DNA of 64,000 nt from Octopus sinensis (Eukaryota): assembly GCF_006345805.1 (NCBI RefSeq), contig NC_042998.1, positions 168,578,001 to 168,642,000 on the forward strand, in the 5' to 3' direction. The notes beneath the pieces were generated by a model, which was not told where the DNA came from, made no database searches, and saw only the letters and a list, made by a program, of their open reading frames with translations. Below are positions 39,239 through 52,258 of this stretch, one piece after another. The position numbers and the translations under genes are program-made. Positions within the stretch are counted from its first letter, which is position 1, and every line of letters begins with the position of its first letter.

Positions 39239-39670
39239 TAGGTAGAAGTTCTCTTCAGTGGCCAAAAGGTTTCCTCCACGCTTTTGTTTTGAAATTTTGT
39301 TCAAGTTGTTAATGTTGGTTTTCATGTATTAATTATTTGTTATAATTAGGTAGAAGTTCTCTTCAGCGGCCAAAAGGTTTCCTCCACGCTTTTGTTTTGA
39401 AATTTTGTTCAAGTTGTTAATGTTGGTTTTCATGTATTAATTATTTGTTATAATTAGGTAGAAGTTCTCTTCAGCGGCCAAAAGGTTCCCTCCACGCTTT
39501 TGTTTTGAAATTTTGTTCAAGTTGTTAATGTTGGTTTTCATGTATTAATTATTTGTTATAATTAGGTAGAAGTTCTCTTCAGCGGCCAAAAGGTTTCCTT
39601 CACGCTTTTGTTTTGAAATTTTGTTCAAGTTGTTAATGTTGGTTTTCATGTATTAATTATTTGTTATAAC
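39239..39670. repeat. 108-bp minisatellite, 4 near-identical units
   Basis: TAGGTAGAAGTTCTCTTCAG at 39239, 39347, 39455 and 39563. Confidence 0.95.
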
Positions 39671-40914
39671 TTTTGGAAGCTGTCCTTTTTTCTTGCATTT
39701 TTTCAAATTTTTCTTTTTTTTCATGGAAGAATGCCTTCACATCGGCTTTATCACTAGTGATGGGAAAATTATTGTTTTTCATCTTACATCAACAGTCTCA
39801 TATTCTTACTGCTCGGAATTTGCATTAGAAGATGTATTTGGTATCAGAGTTTTAGTATAACTAATATCGCGAAAATTAGTTCATTTTTGTTCACTCCCCA
39901 TTCTTGCTCATGGTTTCCTTTACAAGTTCTCCGAAACACGCACACACACGCGCGCTCGCACACACCCACATACACACACACACACATATACACACATATA
40001 TGCACACACATATCAAATGTTTACTCTATAAACAAAAAACTAAAATATAAGTTTACACCAACCAGATTTCGCCTTTGTTATTTCTATATGAGAATCTAGC
40101 TAAAGAACAAGTGGAACTCCTTCATATAGCCTATATTTTGTCTCACGTTCTTAGTTCATGACTCAAAAGAGTATCCTCGACGTGACATTTGCTTCTATTC
40201 CACAATTTCAAACATTGGTTTGAAATTTTTGGCACAATGCCAGTTAGTTCGGGGGAAGGGGTTAAGTCGGTTATATCAACTCTGAGGAATTGAAATATGT
40301 TCATCGTTTTTAACACATTGTTTTATCTGAGCTTAAGTAATCAAGGTGAATTTAAGCCACCTTGGTGATGTCGAACCAAAAACTACTTTTGAGATTGCAA
40401 ATTTAAACATGCTTTTATTTTGGTAGCTATTTTTGGGAAGTTTACCGTTGTTAATATTGTTGTGGGTGTTTCTACTGTTATTATTGTTGGTATATTTGTC
40501 TACCGTTTATATTTTGCATATCTCACGGTGTAAGTATTGATACTCTTAACTTGTATTAATGTTTGTACATAAATTGGATTTGTTTTGTCTTCGCTCTTCC
40601 ACCGAGAAATGAAGGCAGCTACGATCGTTATAGAAAACGCTCTCACGATCACCACTGAAGTAGGTATGCTGAAAAATAATTGTTGCTTTCACAGCAGAAA
40701 CAAATGGCAAACAACAAATAAACAATGTTCTTTCCCTCTTTGGAAACAGATTTAGAACAATCCAACTTTCCTCTTAGCACAATGTATTAACAATAAAATG
40801 ATATTCGACAAATCTACCTTATGTTAGAAAAAGACAACACATATAACATGAGCAATATCAAAATACACCTTTAGACAATAACGTCCGGAAACAATAGCTA
40901 TAACTAAAGCAATA

Positions 40915-40938
40915 CTACTGTGCTGCTGCTGCTACTAA

Positions 40939-41002
<64 letters not shown>

Positions 41003-41059
41003 AATAACACCAACAACAACAACAATAATAACAACAAAAACAACAACAACAGCAACAAC

Positions 41060-41095
<36 letters not shown>

Positions 41096-41124
41096 TAATA
41101 ATAATGATAATAATAATAATAATA

Positions 41125-41189
<65 letters not shown>

Positions 41190-41225
41190 AATAATAATAA
41201 CGACGACGAAAATATCAACATCAAC
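40915..41225. repeat. Compound trinucleotide microsatellite (CTA)/(AAT)/(AAC)/(GAT)n
   Basis: Seen directly; explains the poly-I/N/D/S ORFs. Confidence 0.95.
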
Positions 41226-41437
41226 ACCAAAAACAAATGCAACAACAGAGTAAAGAGCTAAAGTAGAAATAAATAAAATAAAACGTAGTAACAACAGAGC
41301 AACATATTTCCTTAAAGATAAAGAAGATTGCTTCAGGTAAATGCAGTAGAATTAATAGTGTTGCCGTCTGTCTTCTGCGTTTGTATGAAAACCAATTCAA
41401 TTCTCGTTATCATGTTATAGTATGGAAACAATTACAA

Positions 41438-41472
<35 letters not shown>

Positions 41473-42115
41473 TAATAATAATAATAATAATAGTAATAAT
41501 AATAATAATAATAATAAATCCGCGAAAAATTTTAATATCTGGACAAATTACATCATATTCATTAATTTGATGGTCTCAATTATTGAGTGGGCAGATAGCA
41601 AATATTAGTGATTGTTGAATGAACGGGTGTATGTTAGTTTTTAAATTGAAGATATAAATAGTAATTGTTTCTAAGATTTAGGGGTATCGAGTTAGTCGCT
41701 TAAAATAAAGTACCGGGGTCCGTTACTTTATTTTAATAACTCTAGATTGATAAATACCAAAGTTGATCGCGACAGGATTTGAATTCATGACGCAATGAGA
41801 AGAAATACTGCAAAACATTTAATATGATAACCAATGATAAACAGCATTGAAAATGTTTATGGCTCGTAATTAACTACTTTATATTTATGTATCCCACGTT
41901 TTAACAATGTGCATATCCAAAGTGACTCAGTCTGTTATTGATTTTTCCAGCCTGAGTGCAAGGATTCATATATTACAGGAGACTGCACACGTGATTGTGT
42001 GACAGTTCTTTATCAACGCTGTATTAACTGCCAAAGTGGAGTGAAATTTATAGAACGAGTAACGGTCATTGATTCCTGGATCTACTTGTCATGAGATTAC
42101 GTTTATTTTTGTGAA

Positions 42116-42455
42116 GGCGCGTGGCTCAGTGGTTAGAGCATCAGGCTCACAATCATGAAGCAGTGAGTTCGGATCCCGGATCGGGCTGTGTTGTGTTCTT
42201 GAGAAAGACACTTTATTTCACGTTGCTCCAGTTCTCTCAGCTGCTGAAATGAGTTGCGATGTCACTGGTGCCAAGCTGTATCGGCCTTTGCCTTTCTCTT
42301 GGATAACATCAATGGCGTGGAAAGGGCAGGGTGGTATGCATAGATGACTGCTGGTCTTCCATAATCAACCTTGCCCAAACTTGTGCCTTGGAGGGTTACT
42401 TTCTAGGTGCAATCCTATGGTCATTCATGACTAAATAGGGTCTTTACCCTTTACG
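42116..42455 (+). mobile_element. SINE family C (tRNA-derived)
   Basis: GGCGCGTGGCTCAGTGGTTAG A-box, GAGTTCGGATCCC B-box, TGTTCTTGAGAAAGACACTTTATTTCACGTTGCTCCAG body. Confidence 0.8.
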
Positions 42456-45400
42456 TTTATTCTGTGAAGCTCGTGTTTTGTAGAGGAAGGTCGGGTTTTA
42501 ATCGATTTAATTTATCTTATTAAATTATTATCACTTATTTTTAATAATCAAGAAGTTAAAGAGCAATGAGAAAACTGATAAGATTTGAAATCAGAATAAG
42601 ACACAAAATCAAACCAATATATTATAGGCCTAAAGGGAGCAATCTAAGGCCCGCAGACCAGACTCAACCAGTAGAAAAATATCGTAACTTTTTCCTTATT
42701 CTGTGTTTCAAATAACCACGTGATGATGCCATGAATAGTGTATAATAATAGAAGCCCGAAGCTATGTTTCGTACACACCAAACTCTGTTGTATACGAAAT
42801 CCAGGACATATGCAGTAAATACTCGCTGTGGTAGCGCAGATGCCCAGTAAAGATCGCTAAAATTAGTTAAAAGAATCATTGACATGTTTTTTAAAATATT
42901 CTCAGTAAATATCTACAAATGGAAAAAAATATTATTAATTCTAGCAATTTATCAACCTTAATTTTTTACTAAGTATAGTGGATATTCATACTATTTTCAA
43001 GTAATATTTAGGACCAACTGTTCTTTTTCTATGTCTGCTACTCAGTGATGTTCCTACATACTTGGTTGTTAAAAGGAAAGCAAAAGAGACAATTCACTTA
43101 CTGGTGGTTGTTGTACAACTTCTTGACATCTCTGACAACAGCAAGTTATCAGATAAGCGAATTATTTAAATACTTAAATATATTTTTGAATGCATTTAAT
43201 GTAATATAGTTTTGAATGCATTTAATATAAAATGTGAAAAAAACATTGATACTTGGACACAGATTGTTTCTTCCTTGAGCACCAATTTGTCTCATGTGCC
43301 AAGAAATGTTACCGCGAAGAAAGTGGCAAATATTAGGCAAAATTACGAAACCCGTCAGAGTAGAAATATTAACAGTTTTACTGGGCAGGCAAGGAATGTT
43401 GAAATTTCGCTTCCGAGGAAGGTTTGAGGAATTTAGTGCTACCTTTTTAAAATGAAGGAAATATCCATACCAGTAACGAAATCACTAAATGCATTGTAAA
43501 AAACATTTTGTAGATAGAGAGGTAGTTGTAGATATTGTTTACCCAGAAAATAAACATTTGTTTGCATCTATCACGCAGTAAGTTAAAGATATATCACCAG
43601 ACATTAAAACTTGTATAAGAAATGCATGCAATTCATTGCATTTTTATATTCGTGCTTGACGAGAAAAAGGACTCGAAGCATTTACCTTCAATTTTCTAAT
43701 TGTTAAAGGTATTTTTTCAATTAACTTTAATGACGCTTTGTTGAAAATAATATATAAGTGAATTTAGTATTTTCTTGTAGATTAAAACATCGTGTTTCAT
43801 CATATTTTGTTCGATAAGGAGCCACAATCTGGAGACAGCTTATTTTTGCTGGAGATGCTGGCTTACACGAGAGTCAATGCTACAAAGAGTGAAAAAGTGA
43901 CAATAATATTTGATATTTCCTGAAAGCAAACATATTGGGGATTCACTGTTCCACGACTTCGATCGATGTGTAAACTTGACATTTGTTGTGGGCATAATAC
44001 TTTATTCAAATAATTTAGATTTGCAACTTTAAGGCAGAAAAGAAATCAGCAGACACAAAAGATTTATGGCCGAATCGTAGCATTTGAAAGAAAGGAACAG
44101 TTATGACAAACCGTAATAAATTCCTTAGTACACATTTTTCTACTTTTCAAAAAATTAAAGCACATGTTCTAGGCATATTTATGAATATAATTCGAGAATA
44201 AAGAAAAACTTTTCACTTCAGTTTACTGATTTTCGTTTACATGCAAATATTTTCAAGCTGTCAGCTACGCTACTTCCTTTAATATAGACACTGCACTAGA
44301 AAATTATGAACTGGAACGGAATTGAATAGAGTATGGTAACATAATAGAAAAGAAATATCAGCCTAAAGATATATAATTACTGGACTTCAATATAAAATAC
44401 ATCCATCTATGTGAGAAGTATTCTAACTTACATGTCTATGAAAACTAGATTGCGTCATCATTTGACAGCGCTTATCTGCTAGTGCAATTATTTTCAAAAA
44501 TGTGGCGCATCAGGAACCTTTGAAGAACAAAATTCACTTATACCTGTCTTGCTTTCGGCATCAATAAGTCTACATGCAACGTTGAGAGAATTTTAAACAA
44601 TAAAAAGCATTGTCTTCACACAGATTTGCCCCTATTCGCATTAAAATTCAATAAATTCCTTTCTTATACTTAATTTACCGCCATTCAATGCATTATTTTG
44701 CTCTTTATATGATTTTAAGAATTCTTTGTTTTGTTTTTTAATAGATGGAATAATATCTACATTAAAAAATTTTGTGGCATTTATGTGGTTCAGCATCCAT
44801 TCATTAATATGCTATCCGACCTGCAGAAGCAAAAACAGTTTCCCGACCCTACATAAGCCATTCAATTTGCGTGGAACTGATTCCTACACGCGTCATATTA
44901 TTTTCCTTTTGAGACATAAGGTCATTTTTATCGAGAAGAGTGAGAAGACGTACTATCGATTTCATGTCATTTAGTTAATTGTACTGGCAAGCTCGTTTAC
45001 TATGCTGCGCTGAGAAAACATTTATGGAATTGCTTTGCTTCTTGCAAGATGTTGCATGAGCACAACTAATGACAACTAATCGACGAACTATCCACTGAAA
45101 CATTTGATATCAAACTTTGTTTAATACAAGTTATTATGATATTATTACCATATCTCTAAGGGTTGTATAGCTGGTAACTCGCTGAGCAGTAATTTATTTC
45201 ATTTATTAATGACCGAGTTCCCACCCTGCCAGTTAACTTCGATATTGCATTTTATCCAACCATTGGTCTTCAGGAATATTTGCTATGTTCAGTTGACTAC
45301 AGCTGCACATCATCTGTGTATGCGCTTGTCTATGTACAACTCATATTAAGCAATAGAAATATACAGGATTGAGGGGTTATCAGCTAAGCGAGGTACATCA

Positions 45401-45459
45401 AAACCCAAACAGCGTGGTGAGAAAAGACTTTTCGCTTAGTATATATTATTTATTGTGGA

Positions 45460-45710
45460 GGCGCGTGGCTTAGTGGTTAGGTTGTCAGCATCAAGATCGT
45501 AAGATTGTGGTTTCGATTCCTGGACCGGGCGACGCGTTGTGTTCTTGAGCAAAACACTTCATTTCACGTTGCTCCAGTTCACTCAGCTGGCAAAAATGGG
45601 TAACGTTGCGATGGACTGGCATCCCGTCCAGCTGGGGAACACATACACCATAGAAACTGGAAAACCGGGCCTGTGAGCCTGGCTAGGCTTTAAAAGGGCG
45701 CATTTATTTT
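45460..45710 (+). mobile_element. SINE family C
   Basis: GGCGCGTGGCTTAGTGGTTAG...GGTTTCGATTCC...CACGTTGCTCCAGTTCACTCAGCTGG. Confidence 0.8.
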
Positions 45711-45830
45711 ATAATATATTATTTATTGGAATGGCTCTAATACGATAAAAGTAAAGTGGACCGCTTTAAGAAATAAACTTTGGTAAACAAGATTAAATAC
45801 TGAAAAAGTATTCAACCTAAAACTCTACAG

Positions 45831-46071
45831 CAGTGGTTCCCAACCGGGGTCCATATGTCCTTTAATGGTCCATAAAAGATTTTATTGCGAAAATTTATGT
45901 GCGATAAATCGGTCATATTTCTACAATACACAATATTTTACCATTTTTTAAATATAATTCCTAATAATATTTTATCATGAAAGTATAACAGTATTTCTTA
46001 AACATCGAATGGGTGTGAGGGTCCAGAAGAGTTAAATATAAATCATAAGCAAAAGCGGTTGATAGCCACTG
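45831..46071. mobile_element. hAT-type MITE
   Basis: Imperfect TIRs CAGTGGTTCCCAACC / GGTTGATAGCCACTG; 8-bp flanks CTCTACAG/CCCTGAAG (5/8 match). Confidence 0.65.
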
Positions 46072-46577
46072 CCCTGAAGCAATTTAGCACTGTAATAATA
46101 ATTCATATTTGGAAATCATTTAGATACTAATAATGTTTATACAATATTTATGTATAAAGTTATTTTTTAGTATATCTACTTGTATTATGACTATAATTAT
46201 GTATTTTAAATAATATTTAATGAGTGCTTATTGATATTTTTTCCATATACTTATATGATATATTTATTGGAACGTTACGTCGAGAACGTACTATCTAACA
46301 AAGACTTTCTTTCAGCTGAGGACGTAGCTTAAATTTTGCATTATGTTCAAAGGTTTTATGCATTTTGCATTAACGCAGACATGCAAGTAATTTATTCATC
46401 ATTAAATATAATAATATAAGTTATATACATGTTTATAAGTTACGGAACAATTTGTCGTGATATTAGAATTTTCTTGTTGTTAACTAAAATTTCATCAATT
46501 TTATGTGTTTTGTAGGACAATACTTCAAGGAGCTTTCTCAAGAGCACTACCGGATTACTTCAATCCATATATTGTGA

Positions 46578-46673
<96 letters not shown>

Positions 46674-47275
46674 TATACACAGAGAAAGAGAGAGAGAGAG
46701 AGAAACATTGGCACTTATGGTCACATTTTATATTTCTGATAAATTAACTGCATAAAATTCTAGCAGAATTGAGTTTTTTGCAATGGTTTATATTTGATTT
46801 TCAAGGGTGAAAATCTGAAAATTTTGTTCAGTAACTACAACAAAACAGGACAAAAATATTATCTTTGTCAATCAAGTTCAAGGATCGATCTAATTGATTA
46901 TACTTATTCCTCTAAACCTTCTACTTGAGTTGCAAATCATTATTGACAAATACTTTTGACACATTCGATATATACTTGCCAGTCTTGATGTGTGAAAATT
47001 TAATAGCTCGATTGATGGATGTTTATATTTATAGAAGTAAATGTGAGAATTTTATTAAGAAAATTTCTAACATTGTTATATAAAATTATCAGCATGTTAC
47101 ATTGATTACTTTCTTTCTATTTTCCCTTCTTTCTTGCCTTTTCTTTCTCTTTTTACTTCTTTTTCTCAGTCCCTCTTTCATTCGCCTTCCCTTTTACTTC
47201 ACGCATACAAAAGTAAACTCAGATAAACACAAACACATACATATGCACATCCACTCAGACACACATACATGTGCT

Positions 47276-47325
47276 CAGTGTAACACAGTGTAACACAGTG
47301 TAACACAGTATAACACAGTGTAACA
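47276..47325. repeat. 10-bp tandem (CAGTGTAACA) x5
   Basis: Seen directly in the sequence. Confidence 0.9.
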
Positions 47326-48526
47326 TTCATGATAAACACGCTGATACGTTCATATATATAATATGGAAAAAGAAATTAAAATCGGAGATGTACTCGCATA
47401 GCAAGTAATTTGATCTGAGATCGTGTGCTGAAACGAAAACAATTGCAGCGTGGAAGGTGTTTATAAGCCATTGAAGAAACACACAAATGCCGTTCGATTC
47501 ACTTCAACATTTAAGTTTAATTTGTCAAAATCCGCGAAAATTAAAATCATTAAAAGTAAATGCAGAATCAACGTATATTGCAATGAGAAATAGAAAAACC
47601 AAATCAATGTTTAGGGAAATTGCCCTTTATCAAGACAGAGAAAATACGATGGAAGACCATGTGTAGCTGCGTAAGATTCCCGGTAAGACTGGATGAAGGG
47701 CGTAAGTAGGTAGTTTATGACGTTTCTGAGTAGAGACAGTAGAGATTCGAGGTTGTCAGAAACTCCAGTCATGTGCAGAAAGACGAAAGAAGTGTACGCA
47801 AGGATGATGGCTATGTGTGTTGAAGAGCATGAATAGGCACTTGTGAGGGCACAACAGAATGTATGTGCCGTATTGGGAGCAGGACAATGCAGTAATGTCA
47901 GTATGTGCCAGTATATATACATGTGTGTATTTTGGATAAGAAGACTGGTTGCTAGGAAATACAAAGAATACACAGTACAGGTAAAATAAACAGGCATTGA
48001 GAACAAGTACTCTGCAGAGAAGTAGATGTTCTCCCAGGCACATTATTCCTTTTCCTATCAAAAACGGCCTCTTTCTAAATTTGATGCTTCATATAATTTG
48101 TAAAATTGTTCAAACGTTTCTGACGCTAGTATCAGTCGAAGAAATTAAATCAACACTTTACTTAATGGTGTTGTTTCTTTCCCTCGTAAGTAGTATTATT
48201 GTGAAGTTTTAGTTTATATATGAATATACAAACACGCATACTCATATACACGCACACACGCACGCACACTCACACATATACACATACATACATGATATTT
48301 TATATCATATATATATATATACATAGATATACATACATACATACACACACATATATTTATATACATATATATATATATACATCTATACATGCATATATGT
48401 ATGTATATATATATATATATATATACGTACTCACATTGACATATTTACAAACTTATACGTATATATGCAAATCATGTTTACTTGATAGATACATGCATTC
48501 GCATTCTTCAAGTGTGTGTGTGTGTT

Positions 48527-48594
<68 letters not shown>

Positions 48595-49409
48595 TGTGTT
48601 GACGTGAATGTAATATCAAATATTAGCATGCAATATTATAAATATTGCTAAGGAAGAAAAAGACAAAAATTATTAAAATATCAATAATCTGTAGTAAGAT
48701 TGTAAGAATAAGGAGTAAAGGCTAGCAATATTTACATAAAAGGTTAAGAATAGCGAATAATGAATAGGAATAAGAATAAAGAATGTCGTCGTTACAAAAC
48801 AGTCTGGATATTATTTTAAAGAATTTTGCGTCTGTAAGTTTTTCTTTTCTTTGGAAGATGCCGGATTTCTGTAGAAGATAATTTTGTAGCTCAGATGAAA
48901 GAGACGAGACAATGAAAATGGCATTACAATGCTAGTAATTGCAGCTAAACTTCACCCAAATCACATTGAACCGTTATAAAAATAGACAAAATTCATTCAA
49001 ATGTCGTAAAAATAAACATGATTTATTAGACACAAAAGGTGAAGAAATATTTCCGTTCTTGGCCTTTTCTCTTGATATTTACCATTTTAGTAGTGGTTTA
49101 TCATCTCTAAAGGTGAGTTGTATGCACACGCACACAATATTCTCTTGTTCTCCCATGACAGCCATTTGTCTGTTCATTCTAGATGCCATGCCCATCGTCA
49201 TGTGCTTGAATTGTCTTCCTTATGGCAGTTATTCTCATAACAGCAGTGAGTTTAATTGGTTTGTATATATTCTTCACGCACAAAAGAGATAAGCAAGCAC
49301 AAAAGGAGCATGAATATTTAGTTACAGTTCTATATTTAAGAGATGAGGAATTATGTAGATTATATACATTATATACATTTGTCGGATATTTGTCCCCATC
49401 TTTGTTGTT

Positions 49410-49455
49410 AACACAACGTTTCGGCTGATATACCCTCCAGCCTTCATCAGGTGTC
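49410..49455 (-). ncRNA. Minimal type I hammerhead ribozyme in the left PLE tail
   Basis: GACAC-CUGAUGA-A-GGCUG(gaggguauau)CAGCC-GAA-ACGU-U^GUGUU. Stem I GACAC/GUGUU; palindromic ACGU stem III. Confidence 0.75.
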
Positions 49456-49505
49456 TTTGGGAAATTTTCTAAGGTACTTTTCGATGTTGTTGCTGTTGTT
49501 ATCAA

Positions 49506-49562
<57 letters not shown>

Positions 49563-49665
49563 CATCATTATTATTCAGGTCACTGCCTGGAATCGAACTC
49601 GGAATCTTGGGGGTTTGTAGCCCGCGCTCTTAACCACGAGCATATGGCGTAGTGATTAAGAGCGC

Positions 49666-51490
49666 TTGATCATATTCTCTTCTTTTGGTGGTTTTACTCG
49701 AAGGAGATATTTGCGAAGTGTTGTATTACTTTTGAATACTGTCCTTATATCATATGGGCCGCATATCTTTTGTATCTTTTCAGAAATGCCTTTCACATGG
49801 GGTAGACAGACTGCGGTCAGTTTTTCGGTTTCATCCCCTCTTTTCTTCACAATTGGAGTGGAGAGCACGCTTTTGGGGTAGTTGTTGCTTCATAGATTTT
49901 TACTGTGCGTGATCATTTCTTCGCTACTTGTATTCATTGCTCGATGTTTTAGGCACTGAGCAATCCCTCTCTTTACACTGTATGGATGGTGGGAGTTGAA
50001 GCTGAGGTATCGTCCAGTGAGGATCGGCTTGCGGTATACAGATGTCCTGAATCCATACTTGGTGCGTGTTATTAATACATCCAGGAATGCTAGCTGATTA
50101 TCTTTTTCATTTTCCATTGTGAACTGTATGGATGACTTTATTGAGTTCACATGATCGAACAGCACTTGGACATCTTCCCGGTGGGGCCAGAGTATGAAGG
50201 TGTCATCAACATATCACAGCAATAGAGTTGGTTTTAGTGGTGTTGATCCTAAAGCCAAATTCTCAAAGTATTCCATGTATATATTGGCTATTATTGGTGA
50301 TAATGGCGAACCCATAGCTAAACCTTCTTCTTGTCGATGTATCAGTGTCCATACTGAAGTAGGTAGTTTCTACACAGAAGGTCAACATTTCCATCAAGTT
50401 TCTTATTGGTATACTAGTGCGTTCTTTTAGATGGGTGTCTGTCATTAGTTTTTCTGGAATCACTGATAGTGCTTCACCAGTTGGGACTTTGGTGAACAGA
50501 CTTATCACATCTAGACACACCATCTGGTTGGATTCAATGGGGGTATCCTTGATCAATTCTGTGAAGTGGGTGGAATTCTTCAAGTAAGATGTTGATTTTC
50601 CTGCTAATGGATTGATTATATCCACATGGAAGCGGCTCAGTGGATGACATGCTGAACCTCTACAGCTCACTAAATGTCTTAATGGAATACCATCCTAGTG
50701 AATCGTAGGAAGACCGTACATGTGAGGAACTTTACTATAATGTTGAGTCAGTTGTCTGTACTTCATTGGTGTAAAGTTATCCTTGTTCTTGATCAAGATC
50801 TGTGACAAATTCCTCTCTGTTTTCAAAGTGGGGTCTTTCTTTACCTTGCTGTAGCTACTATCACTTATAAGACTTGCCAGTTTTTTTCCGAGTGGTCAGA
50901 CTTCTTCATCACCACCGTAGCGTTTTCCCTTGTCTGCTGGAAGTATTATGATGGAATTGTCACTCTGTAGTCTTTTGATAGCGAACGTTTCTTCCTTAGT
51001 GATGTTTGGTTTGGGAAGTTTCGCTTTTCTAGTACTTGTCTCATTTTCCACCTTAGTTCATCTCCCTGAACTTTTGGTATCTTTATGGCTATCTCCTCAA
51101 TAAGCTATTACGTACAAGTATGGAATGTGCTTGATGGTTATCGCAAAGTTGAGACCTTTGTTTAGTACTGCTTTTTCAGAGCTTTCTAGATGTCGGCTAC
51201 ATTAATTACTGCTTTCATAGGTGAGTGACGGACTTCAGTCTTCATTCTCTGACGTTTGAGTTTCATAAACTTCTTAATCTGGCATGTCTTCACCATTTCG
51301 AATTATTTCATGTACGAATTTTCTAGATCTTGTTGGATTCTATTTCTATCTTCATATCTGGTTATTTTCCTAAATAATGAAGACAACCTCTCTATGATTT
51401 CGTTATTTAGTTGATATTTTCTTTCAACGGTTGTAATGGATTTTCTCACGGATGAGGGCATGTCCTGCCCTTTCCGCTACTCTTCTAGCT
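49666..51490 (-). pseudogene. Poseidon-like PLE reverse transcriptase, degraded
   Basis: YGLPTIH..GIPLRHLVSCRGSACH, LDVISLFTKVP, MGSPLSPIIANIYMEYFE, DDTFILWPH, IQFTMENEKDNQLAFLDV, VYRKP..YLSFNSHHP. Confidence 0.88.
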
Positions 51491-51589
51491 TTATATGAAT
51501 CGACTGGTGTCATCCATACAGTGTAAAGAGAAGGATTGCTCAGTGCCTAAAACATCGAGCAATGAATATAAGTAGCGATCGCGATAATC

Positions 51590-51960
51590 ACCACCAATAG
51601 AAGAGAATATGATCAAGAACTGCGTGTACTCCATCCCATGCAGCTGTGGTAGGTTATTCAAACGCGAAACATGCCGCCTCCTCAAAATATGGATAGAGGA
51701 ACATGCCGCCTCCTCAAAATATGGATAGAGGAACATCGCAAATCTGTGACACGGGGAGATATTGATAAATCGGGTATAGCTGATCATGTATGGAAAATGG
51801 AGACCACTTCCCCCTGTCGGATGAAGTTAAAAATAATAGACAGAGAACACCACTGAAAAATACGAAAACTAAAAGAAGCAGCACATATGCTATGCCACAA
51901 CAACCTCCTAAGTAGATCGAGTGCAGATATGAACAACATATGGAAACGGTATTAAGGAAA
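51590..51960 (+). pseudogene. Poseidon-like GIY-YIG endonuclease remnant
   Basis: NMIKNCVYSIPCSCG..ETCRLLKI.IEEHRK..KSGIADHVW..VKIIDREHH. Includes a 32-bp duplication at 51668-51731. Confidence 0.8.
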
Positions 51961-52013
51961 GATGGGAGAATATTAGATTTATAAGCCCTAAAATTCACCC
52001 CATAATTGCCCAC

Positions 52014-52088
52014 GGGCATATGGCGTAGTGGTTAAGAGCGCGGGCTACTAACCCGAAGATACCGAGTTTAATTCCAGGCAGTGACCTG
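52014..52088 (+). promoter_or_regulatory. tRNA-like segment with Pol III A and B boxes inside the PLE tail (inverted copy at ~49575-49636)
   Basis: TGGCGTAGTGGTT (A box) and GAGTTTAATTCC (GAGTTCGATTCC in the left copy; B box). GGG-7-nt loop-CCC anticodon-like arm. Confidence 0.7.
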
Positions 52089-52212
52089 AACAGCAACAGC
52101 AACAAAAACAACAGCAACAACAGCAACAGCAACAGCAGCAACAACAACAACAATAATAATAATAATACCATCGGAAAATACTTTCGGAATGAGAACCTAG
52201 GTTCGAAATTTC

Positions 52213-52258
52213 CTCACCTGATGAAGGCTTGATGCTATATCATCCGAAACGTTGTGTT
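52213..52258 (+). ncRNA. Hammerhead ribozyme in the right PLE tail, partly degenerate
   Basis: CAC-CUGAUGA-AGG..CC-GAAACGUU^GUG. Stem II is weakened relative to the left copy. Confidence 0.6.

Noticed and set aside
39239-39670. CTGAAGAG on the minus strand of the 108-bp repeat as a hammerhead/retrozyme
   Set aside because: No stem II closing onto GAAA, and no stem I/III pairing.
42116-42190. Possible tRNA genes (also 45460 and 52014)
   Set aside because: The cloverleafs are imperfect and continue into SINE bodies or PLE tails, so they are tRNA-derived rather than genes.
29082-46580. Isolated splice-like signals near 29086, 40660, 43830 and 46515
   Set aside because: They cannot be chained into a recognisable protein and are expected by chance in AT-rich DNA.
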